Shown here piece by piece: positions 27,541-35,960 of a DNA stretch of 64,000 bases (position 1 is its first letter; each line of letters opens with the position of its first letter). The stretch is from Ignavibacteriota bacterium (lineage in GTDB: Bacteria; Bacteroidota; Ignavibacteria; Palsa-1295). The stretch spans positions 394,704-458,703 of the forward strand of contig CAVZOL010000009.1 in NCBI GenBank assembly GCA_963776895.1, written 5' to 3'. The notes beneath the pieces were generated by a model. It was not told where the DNA came from. It saw only the letters and a program-made list of their open reading frames with translations, and did no database searches. Made by a program: the position numbers and the translations under genes.

Positions 27541-28272
27541 ATGGAAAGATACACCGATGGATGGAAGAGCGCCGTGCTCGGTGAGCAAACGGAGATTTGC
27601 GTCTATGGGCACTATGGTCCGGGGTTGCTATTATTTCCATTCGATGGCGAAGATTACCTCTCAGCCGAGCAGCATGACCTCATCGCGCATGTCACGCCGC
27701 AACTCGATGCCGGACGCATCAAGATCTACACTATTAATTCCATCGACCGGCAAAGTTGGCTGAACGACGACATTGCTCCACGGCAAAAATCTATTCGCCA
27801 CGGCAAATATAATCGATATATTTTAGACGAGGTTGTACCCTTCATCGCTCAAAACATGAAGAGTGAGCATCCTGTCATTTTCACAAGTGGAATTTCGCTC
27901 GGCGCGCTGCATGCGGTAAATATGTTTTTACGTCAGCCCAATGTATTCGAGGGAGCGATCGGTATTTCCGGCAACTACGATCTCAAGGTCTATACTAACG
28001 GCTATCACGATAACGATGTGTATTACAATTCGCCGGCGGATTATCTCACACACCTTACCGGCCCCGTTTTGAATAAGTTGCGACAAAAACAACAGATCTC
28101 TTTCCTTTCCGGACGCGGAGAGGGCGAGCATCCGGAAGCAAGCGAAGCAATTGGCAAGCTCCTGAGCAGCCGTGGTATTCCAAACACCGTCGATCTGTGG
28201 AGCGAAGAATACGGCCATAATTGGGATGCGTGGCGAACGATGTTCCGAATTGCTATCGAGAGGAATTTTTAG
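27541..28272 (+). CDS. Putative esterase-family alpha/beta hydrolase
   Basis: Length and pattern (GISLGALHAVN nucleophile-elbow-like) resemble the PF00756-type esterases. Confidence 0.55.
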   Translation: MERYTDGWKSAVLGEQTEICVYGHYGPGLLLFPFDGEDYLSAEQHDLIAHVTPQLDAGRIKIYTINSIDRQSWLNDDIAPRQKSIRHGKYNRYILDEVVPFIAQNMKSEHPVIFTSGISLGALHAVNMFLRQPNVFEGAIGISGNYDLKVYTNGYHDNDVYYNSPADYLTHLTGPVLNKLRQKQQISFLSGRGEGEHPEASEAIGKLLSSRGIPNTVDLWSEEYGHNWDAWRTMFRIAIERNF

Positions 28273-28278
28273 ACCTGC

Positions 28279-28515
28279 GTGAAAACAACTACATATTTTA
28301 AGTCACTGGCAAACAGAAGTGATAGAGTCTGGATTAAGGAGGCCTGGATTGAAAGAGTATTACAAGCTCCATTGAGAACCGAAGTACAGCCGGATGGGAG
28401 AATCCGATATTGGGCTTCCATTTCCGATGCAAACAATAGGTACTTGCGCGTTGTTACTTTAGCTGATGGTGAAACTGTGCATAACGCATTTTTTGACCGT
28501 CGTTTTAAACCATAA
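28279..28515 (+). CDS. DUF4258-like putative toxin
   Basis: GTG start. ...RYLRVVTLADGETVHNAFFDRRF, paired with a DUF2283 gene. Confidence 0.45.
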   Translation: MKTTTYFKSLANRSDRVWIKEAWIERVLQAPLRTEVQPDGRIRYWASISDANNRYLRVVTLADGETVHNAFFDRRFKP

Positions 28516-28520
28516 CTGAT

Positions 28521-28727
28521 ATGAAAATTACTTATTTCGACGATACCGATACGCTCCTGGTGGAATTCTCCGATACCACCATCGAGGATACGCGTGATCT
28601 CGACGATAATACGCTCGGAGAATACGATCAAAATGGGAACCTCGTCGCGTTGACAATGGAGCACGCCTCGAAGCGCGCGGACTTGCGGTCGTTCAGTTAT
28701 TCCAATCCCTCACTCGTTCCAGCTTGA
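28521..28727 (+). CDS. DUF2283-family protein (putative antitoxin)
   Basis: MKITYFDDTDTLLVEFSD...EYDQNGNLVALTMEHASKR. Confidence 0.65.
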   Translation: MKITYFDDTDTLLVEFSDTTIEDTRDLDDNTLGEYDQNGNLVALTMEHASKRADLRSFSYSNPSLVPA

Positions 28728-28728
28728 T

Positions 28729-28998
28729 TTATCCAGTTTCAAAGCTCGTTTCTTCATTTCGGATCGCGCACTCTTCTCGAGCAACTTCTTGAATGGCCGA
28801 TCGCTTCGGCCCACGACGCACTGCCAGCTCGAACTCCTCGATGGCCCGTTCTTCGCCCTGTGCTTCTATTTCGACCGAACCATCGCTTCTGTTCCTCGCA
28901 TAACCGGTAAGCCCCAACGCCACGGCCTGCACCTGGCAAAAATACCGAAACCCCACGCCCTGCACCTGCCCGGTTACGATGAAATGAATGCGCTTCAT
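28729..28998 (-). CDS. acyP: Acylphosphatase
   Basis: IVTGQVQGVGFRYF...GYARNRSDGSVEIEAQG. Confidence 0.88.
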   Translation of the reverse strand: MKRIHFIVTGQVQGVGFRYFCQVQAVALGLTGYARNRSDGSVEIEAQGEERAIEEFELAVRRGPKRSAIQEVAREECAIRNEETSFETG

Positions 28999-29119
28999 AG
29001 TTGCAAAACGTTGCAGTATCCTAAATGTTCAATTCGGATAGATTTAAAATTGGCCGGGGAATCCTCTTGCCCCCTGCAACGTCTCTGTAGTTCCTCCACA
29101 AAGCTATCCTTAATTCTTA

Positions 29120-30100
29120 ATGAAAATCCTTGTAACGGGCGCGTCAGGTTTCGTCGGTTCGCATATCGCGGACCGGCTGCTTGCGGCTGGGCATGAAGTT
29201 CGCGCGCTCGTGCGGGCGAATTCCAGCCTGAAGTGGCTTCAGGATAAGCGCATCGATATTGTTACCGGCAACATGCTGGATATGGAATCGCTGCGAGCCG
29301 CCGTGGAGCATGTGGATGCCATCGTTCACGTTGCAGGCGTAACCGCCGCGAAAACAAAGGAGGGATTTTTTGAAGGCAATCTTTTGCCCACGCGAAATTT
29401 GCTTGAAGCAGCGCGGCGATATAATCCCACGCTCTCGCGGTTTATTTTTTGTTCGAGCCAAACGGCGGTCGGCCCATCGCTCGATGGCCAACCGGTGACC
29501 GAACTCACGCCGCCCCACCCCATCACCACCTACGGCAGATCGAAACGCGCGGCGGAAGAAGAAGTCGAGCGCGCCCGGAAGGATTTTCCTGTAACTATTC
29601 TACGTCTGGCCGCAATATACGGGCCGCGCGATACGGCGATCTTCACTTTTTTCCAAACGGTCGATAAACGGTTGAAGCCGCTGATTGGTATGCGCGATAA
29701 GTGGGTCAATCTCGCGCATGTCTCCGATATTGCCGATGCTGTTTTGCTGGCACTCGAACAGGATGCTGCAAAAAATGAGACTTACTTCATCGGAGCCGAG
29801 CAGCACTATACCTGGCGCGAAGTCAATGACCTTACGTCCGAAATCATGAATCGGCGCGGACTTACATTAAAGTTACCGCACGCGCTGGTGTATTCGGTTG
29901 CGGGCTTGTCGGAATTTTTCTCCATCTTTCGGTCGAAGCCCAGTGTGCTCAACTGGGAAAAAGGCCGGGATATGGTGCAGTCCCATTGGACGGCCAGCGT
30001 CGAAAAAGCAAAAAGCGAGCTTGGCTACCGGCAGAAGATCTCGCTCGAAGATGGGGTTAAAGATACTGTCGAGTGGTATAAAAAACAGGGCTGGCTTTAA
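29120..30100 (+). CDS. NAD-dependent epimerase/dehydratase (extended SDR)
   Basis: MKILVTGASGFVGSHI...YGRSKRAAE. Confidence 0.8.
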   Translation: MKILVTGASGFVGSHIADRLLAAGHEVRALVRANSSLKWLQDKRIDIVTGNMLDMESLRAAVEHVDAIVHVAGVTAAKTKEGFFEGNLLPTRNLLEAARRYNPTLSRFIFCSSQTAVGPSLDGQPVTELTPPHPITTYGRSKRAAEEEVERARKDFPVTILRLAAIYGPRDTAIFTFFQTVDKRLKPLIGMRDKWVNLAHVSDIADAVLLALEQDAAKNETYFIGAEQHYTWREVNDLTSEIMNRRGLTLKLPHALVYSVAGLSEFFSIFRSKPSVLNWEKGRDMVQSHWTASVEKAKSELGYRQKISLEDGVKDTVEWYKKQGWL

Positions 30101-30368
30101 GATCATGATTAATTGTCCGTAAGAAAGATCTGTCTCGGAAAATCATCTAATTTTCTCAAAAATTGACGTTTTCAAATAAGCAATTAGTGTATGATTTTGA
30201 GACAAAATAAGATAAGAATTTCTCATATTCATACATGGTAAGTTATCCACATACCCCAAATGAATGATTTTGGAAGATTTGAGAACTGGCATAGTATTTC
30301 GTTTGTTAACGATTTGGCAAACTAAACTATAATTCTCACCTTAAGCTGAACAAAGCTTCTCACATTGA

Positions 30369-30398
30369 GCGCCGGGAGGGCAAACCCGGCGCTTTTTT
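30369..30398 (+). terminator. Strong intrinsic terminator 270 nt downstream of the nearest CDS
   Basis: gcgccggg-agggcaaa-cccggcgc followed by tttttt. Confidence 0.7.
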
Positions 30399-30529
30399 AT
30401 TTTAAATTTTCTTTTTCTGTGTATGTGCCTCCATCATATTAATATTTTTTAGGTGAACCACTTTTACATAAATTGTGTGTTATAGAATCGGAATTTTAAG
30501 ACCGAATTTGGCCAAGGAGAAAAATAATC

Positions 30530-31633
30530 ATGCACATTCTTAATCGTTCCAGAATCGCGATCGTCGCGCTTGCGCTCTCGGCTATGATGTTGGGTGGCGT
30601 TTCACGCGCGGAAGTTCACTTCAAAGACATCTCGTTTGATGACGCAAAAGCGCTCGCCGCCAAAGAGCACAAAGTCATTATGGTCGATTTTTACACGACG
30701 TGGTGCGTCTGGTGCAAAACGCTCGACCGCAACACCTATTCCGATGAGAACGTCGGAAAAATTACGGATGCAAAGTTCATCGCTGTGAAGATCGACGCGG
30801 AAAAAGGCGAAGGCGTTACGCTTGCCAAGACCTACAAGATCAATGGCTATCCCACCATCGTCTTTTTCGATAAAGATGGCAATGAGATCGACCGCGTTGT
30901 TGGATATGAAGATGCTTCCCGCTTCGCTCGTTCGCTTGAAGTCGCATCTGCCGGCGGTTCCAAAGCCGTCATCGCGGATGTGCAAAGCGCGCATCCCACG
31001 ACCGACGCCACCAAATGGCTCGTCGCAGCAAATTATTACGCGCAGCAAAATCAGAACGATAAAGCGCTTGCAGCCTTTCGCAAAGTGCTCGCGCTCGACC
31101 CCGATAACAAACTCGGACAAAACGCCGAAGCCTCCTATGGCGTGGGATTTCTCTCTACCGGTGACGAGCAAGTAAAAGCACTTGCCGATGCACTTCGGGA
31201 ATACCCGAATGAAGTCGATGCCGATCAGGCAAACTGGTTCCTTCTTGAGCACGATTTCAAAACGAACCATCCCGATGACGCTGCGCGACGCATGGATCAA
31301 TGGGCGATGAGCCATCCCAAAGATGCCATGACCTTCAACCGTTTCGCGTGGGCTGCTGCCGAGAAGGGCGTCGATCTCGAACAGGCAGATGAATATGCAA
31401 AACGCGCCGTCATTCTTGCCGATAACCCGCAGGATAAGGCTTCCGTGATGGATACCCGCGCAGAAGTGCTTTTTAAAATGGGAAAAAATTCCGAAGCGTC
31501 GGAGGTTGAAAGCACTGCACTTGCATTGCTCGATCCTGCCAAAGATAAAAAGCTCTACGCTGAATTGACGAAACAAAAAGCGAAGTTCGATAAGACGAGC
31601 GCCGATGCGACGCCCGCCCCATCGAATCACTGA
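30530..31633 (+). CDS. Secreted thioredoxin-fold (CxxC) protein with a TPR-like C-terminal region
   Basis: Signal peptide, DFYTTWCVWCKTLD, and helical repeats. Confidence 0.75.
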   Translation: MHILNRSRIAIVALALSAMMLGGVSRAEVHFKDISFDDAKALAAKEHKVIMVDFYTTWCVWCKTLDRNTYSDENVGKITDAKFIAVKIDAEKGEGVTLAKTYKINGYPTIVFFDKDGNEIDRVVGYEDASRFARSLEVASAGGSKAVIADVQSAHPTTDATKWLVAANYYAQQNQNDKALAAFRKVLALDPDNKLGQNAEASYGVGFLSTGDEQVKALADALREYPNEVDADQANWFLLEHDFKTNHPDDAARRMDQWAMSHPKDAMTFNRFAWAAAEKGVDLEQADEYAKRAVILADNPQDKASVMDTRAEVLFKMGKNSEASEVESTALALLDPAKDKKLYAELTKQKAKFDKTSADATPAPSNH

Positions 31634-31660
31634 GCGATTTCGGCTTTTCGGTTGTTACAT

Positions 31661-31695
31661 ACGGCAGTCCGTTTTACGGGCTGCCGTATTTTTTT
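31661..31695 (+). terminator. Intrinsic terminator
   Basis: acggcagtccgt-ttt-acgggctgccgt followed by attttttt. Confidence 0.7.
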
Positions 31696-31737
31696 AATGA
31701 CCGTTTGAATTCCACTCATTCTAATCATAATGCAAGC

Positions 31738-32436
31738 ATGAGCAATCATGCATTGAGGCAGAACGTACTGATCGCGCCATCGTTGCTATCGGCGAATTTT
31801 GCGATGCTTGAAACGAGCGTTCGGCAAGCCGAAGCTGGCGGAGCGGATTGGCTGCATATCGATGTGATGGACGGTCACTTCGTTCCCAACATCACCGTCG
31901 GCCCGGTGATCGTCGAAGCATTGCGCCCGCTATCCAAGCTAACCTTCGACGTGCATTTGATGATCGAAGATCCCGATGCGTACATTCCGCAATTCGTGAA
32001 TGCCGGAGCGGATCTTATCACCGTTCATCAGGAAGCATGTGTTCATCTGAACCGGACGGTCGCGCATATCAGATCGCTTGGTGTAAAGGCGGGAGTTGCA
32101 CTGAACCCGGCAACGCCACTCGCAATGCTCGAAGAAATTCTGGAGAATGTCGATCTCGTACTCCTCATGAGCGTCAATCCAGGCTTTGGCGGCCAATCGT
32201 TCATTCCATCGCTTTACCGGCGGGCGCGAACGCTTCGGAATTGGATCGACCGTTCAGGATTCCCATGCCTGATCGAAGCCGATGGCGGCATCAAGCTCGA
32301 TAATGTTGCTCAGGTCTATGAATCTGGCGTGGACGTTATCGTGTCCGGCTCCGGTATCTTCGATTCCGCAAACCCCACCGAAACGATACGCGAAATGCGG
32401 CGCGTTTGCCATGCCACGCAACTCATAGAAGTATAA
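31738..32436 (+). CDS. rpe: Ribulose-phosphate 3-epimerase
   Basis: IAPSLLSANFAML...HIDVMDGHFVPNIT...MSVNPGFGGQSFI. The start is trimmed to the ATG at 31738. Confidence 0.92.
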   Translation: MSNHALRQNVLIAPSLLSANFAMLETSVRQAEAGGADWLHIDVMDGHFVPNITVGPVIVEALRPLSKLTFDVHLMIEDPDAYIPQFVNAGADLITVHQEACVHLNRTVAHIRSLGVKAGVALNPATPLAMLEEILENVDLVLLMSVNPGFGGQSFIPSLYRRARTLRNWIDRSGFPCLIEADGGIKLDNVAQVYESGVDVIVSGSGIFDSANPTETIREMRRVCHATQLIEV

Positions 32437-32443
32437 AAATAGA

Positions 32444-33467
32444 ATGCCAAAATTTAAAATTACCAAAGGAAAATTTCAAGGGATCCAAGCGTGTGCCAGT
32501 CCCGATGGCATCATTGCTGCCGCCGCAATGGATCAGCGCGGCTCGCTGAAAAAAAGCATCGGCAAAGCAATGGGACGCGATGCCACCGATGCCGATCTCA
32601 CCCAATTCAAGATCTCTGTCACAAAAATTCTTACTCCGCATGCAACAGCGCTTCTGATGGATCCCGAATATGGGCTGCCCGCGCTCCCGGCACGAGCGCC
32701 GGGAACCGGAGTACTTCTTTCTTACGAAAAAACCGGATACGACGCAACCGTTGCCGGAAGACTCCCCGATCTGCTGGATGATTGGAGCGTGCTTCGCCTT
32801 GCAGAAGCGGGCGCGGATGCGATCAAAATTTTGTTATATTACAATCCATTCGATGAGGAAAAGATCAATCGCAGAAAACATGCCTTTATCGAGCGGATAG
32901 GCGCGGAGTGCGAAGCCATCGATAAGCCGTTCTTTCTCGAAGTGCTTGCCTACGATAATACGTACGATGAAAAAAGCCTGGACTTCGCACGGCTAAAGCC
33001 TAAATATGTTGCGGCGTATATGAAGGAATTTTCTTCGGACCGTTATGGCGTCGATGTTTTAAAAGTGGAAGTACCCGTCAATATGAAGTTCGTTTCCGGC
33101 ACTGCTTCTTTTTCCGGTAACGATGCCGCCTATACTCGCGAAGAAGCAAAACGGCTTTTTAAGGATGCGTCGGATGCCGCGACAAAGCCATTTATTTATC
33201 TCAGTGCCGGCGTGACCGATGAAGAATTCCGGGAAACGATCGCGCTTGCCGGTGAAGCACGCGCGAAATTTTCCGGTGTACTCTGTGGCCGCGCTACCTG
33301 GCAAGACGGCATACCCGTTTTTGGAAAAGATGGAACCGCCGCGCTCGAATCATGGCTATCAACGCGCGGCGTTCAAAATATTCGAGGAGCTAAACACCGT
33401 TATTTATGCCAACGCCCGTCCGTGGTATGAAATCTATGGCGGCCTTGAAAATATCGATGTTATTTAG
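32444..33467 (+). CDS. Class I tagatose-bisphosphate aldolase-like (LacD family) protein, with an apparent +1 frameshift near 33383
   Basis: The N-terminal 313 aa are LacD-like. The expected C-terminus NI-EELNTVIYANARPWYEIYGG continues in the next frame (ORF 33219..33467). Confidence 0.7.
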
Positions 33468-33502
33468 AGAATCACTCCGCACAATTACAAGTTGAAGAGG
33501 AC

Positions 33503-34208
33503 TTGAGTCCCCGAGCACATAAAAACGTTTCTGAAGTAGAGCAGCCCGCCTCCGCCGGCCCAAGCGCCGAGCCAGAGGTGGAGCAGGCTGCACCACCCGC
33601 GCGTCCGGCTGGAACGGCAAAACAGCAGGAAGATAAACTCCTTGTGCAACGCGCGCGCAGCGGCGATCAACTGGCATATAACGAGCTTGTCAAGCGCCAT
33701 AAACATGGCGTCGAGCGTCTCATTCGCCCGATGGTACGGAGTGCATTCGAGCGATGAGATCGAGGATCTCGTTCAGGAAGCGCTGACCAAAGCGATGCTT
33801 CACCTCAATTCTTATTCGGAAGAATACGCGTTCTCGACCTGGCTTTACCGCATTGCCACGAACCACGCAATCGACTACCTTCGCCGGCGCAAGCTCAATG
33901 CATTTTCTATCAGTTCACCCCCTCCCTCTTTGGCCGGCAAGCCTGATGAAGAAGGCAGAGAATACGAGATCAGCGATTCCTCCTGGGTGCCGGACGATGT
34001 CATGGTCTCGAACGAACGCACCAGCATTATCGAGCAAGCGATCGATGAACTGCCGGAGAACTATAAACGCATCATCCGGCTGCGGCACAACGAAGACATG
34101 GAGTACGAAGAGATCGCGCGTGTGCTGAAACTGCCGATGGGAACCGTGAAAGTGCATTTACACCGTGCCCGCGCCATGCTCGCGCGGATGCTCGATGGAA
34201 GGATTTGA
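33503..34208 (+). CDS. ECF-type sigma-70 family factor, with an apparent +1 frameshift near 33752 and an uncertain start
   Basis: Region 2 is split between ORFs 33503..33757 (LVQRARSGDQLAYNELVKRH) and 33642..34208 (DEIEDLVQEALTKA...YRIATNHAIDYLRRR...region 4 MEYEEIARVLKLPMGTVKVHLHRAR). Confidence 0.75.
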
Positions 34209-34211
34209 ACC

Positions 34212-34820
34212 GTGGCTCGAAAATATTTTTTTCTCTCGAGTCTGGCGCTAACGGGCTCGCTCGTGGTCTGCGCTTCGTTTCAAAGCTGCACGACCACCCT
34301 GAAATTCGTTCCACCAACGATCGTACTGGATACCACCGGCCCACACTATCTCCATAACGTCTCGGAGATCAAGTATTGGGATCGCATCTCCTCGGCCAAC
34401 CACGCCACCAATTTCGCATGGATGGATACGACCGGCAAAGTACACGAAATGTATGAGTATTACGATAAGATCGTCGTGCTTACATTCTTCAGCACCTGGT
34501 CGCCGCCATCGGTCAAGGAGTTAGCCGCGCTCGATAGCGCGCGCACCGCAGATACCAATGCACTTTACATCGGCGTTTCGATGAAAGAAGGAGTGATAAA
34601 TGGCAAAGCGGTTCTGCGGATCGATTCGTTCGCGCGCGCGCGCGGCATCCCGATCCAGCTTCTGATCGGCAGTCCCGATTTTGGATTTACATATAGCGGG
34701 ATCGATGTGGTGCCGACCACGTTCGTCATCACGTATAAGCGAAAAATATCTGCTACTTTCGAAGGGTATGTGCCGGAAGCTACCCTACTCGGAGCTATTT
34801 CGGAGGCGGAGAAGAAATAA
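34212..34820 (+). CDS. TlpA/redoxin-like thioredoxin-fold lipoprotein lacking the CxxC motif
   Basis: Signal/lipobox-like N-terminus, and VVLTFFSTWSPPSVKE where redoxins carry WCxxC. Confidence 0.55.
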   Translation: MARKYFFLSSLALTGSLVVCASFQSCTTTLKFVPPTIVLDTTGPHYLHNVSEIKYWDRISSANHATNFAWMDTTGKVHEMYEYYDKIVVLTFFSTWSPPSVKELAALDSARTADTNALYIGVSMKEGVINGKAVLRIDSFARARGIPIQLLIGSPDFGFTYSGIDVVPTTFVITYKRKISATFEGYVPEATLLGAISEAEKK

Positions 34821-34899
34821 TAATCAACGTATAATAAAAGGCTCATGCTCGCAAAGGAACGATGATGCAAACAAGCAAGTTAGGTGCGCACAACAAGAT

Positions 34900-34971
<72 letters not shown>

Positions 34972-35007
34972 CAAAATGCATAGCGATTTTGGCATGCTTT
35001 TCTTTTT

Positions 35008-35318
<311 letters not shown>

Positions 35319-35391
35319 CAGAAAACGGTCTTGCGAAAGCCGGATCTTTTGTTTTATACTCAAAGCTCGGCAATCGCAACGCAGGCAACTT

Positions 35392-35622
35392 TCAAGCATG
35401 CACGGCCATGCTTCTTACATGCAGTATTTCAGCCGCGATCAAGCGAATATCTTGCGGCTTAAGCGTAAGAACGCCAATCGTCCTGCCAAGACCGGTGGCG
35501 AATTCTACTTCATACGCGACTCCTTTCGGATAAATGTGAACGACCGTCCCGACATCACCCGCAAGAAGTGATTTTTCCGGAATGTTATGTGTAAGAACGA
35601 CTAAGCTATGTTCTGGAATCAT
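35392..35622 (-). CDS. DUF4926-family protein
   Basis: SLVVLTHNIPEKSLLAGDVGTVVHIYPKGVAYEVEF. Confidence 0.65.
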   Translation of the reverse strand: MIPEHSLVVLTHNIPEKSLLAGDVGTVVHIYPKGVAYEVEFATGLGRTIGVLTLKPQDIRLIAAEILHVRSMAVHA

Positions 35623-35954
35623 AATGGATAAGCTGTTACGAGGCGTGGAAAATCGGTTCCTTTATCAATAACCCAAACAGTGAGTAAGGGAATTCCCCTG
35701 CCCCGTTTGTCTGTGAGTATTCCTTCAACGACATATTTCACTCCAAAATCGTCAACGAAAATATCAACGACATCAAAATCGCGAGCGATACGCAGCAATT
35801 CAGCTCGTAATTCTTCAGCATTTTGCAGTGTAAACCCAACCGACTCGTAGAAGCGAGCTTTTGCCGCACCTTCAGGATGTGTCAGCGAGAGTAGATAATC
35901 GCTTAGCTTGCTATCTTCTACTCTCGCATACATCCCATTCGGAATAAGCTGCAT
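35619..35954 (-). CDS. DUF6883-like protein
   Basis: SKLSDYLLSLTHPEGAAKARFYESVGF. It overlaps the downstream DUF4926 gene by 4 nt. Confidence 0.55.
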   Translation of the reverse strand: MQLIPNGMYARVEDSKLSDYLLSLTHPEGAAKARFYESVGFTLQNAEELRAELLRIARDFDVVDIFVDDFGVKYVVEGILTDKRGRGIPLLTVWVIDKGTDFPRLVTAYPL

Positions 35955-35960
35955 TGCTGC

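Noticed and set aside
30602-31630. A 342-aa minus-strand ORF.
   Set aside because: It is antisense to the thioredoxin/TPR gene, which has a signal peptide and a WCVWC motif. The antisense product has no features.
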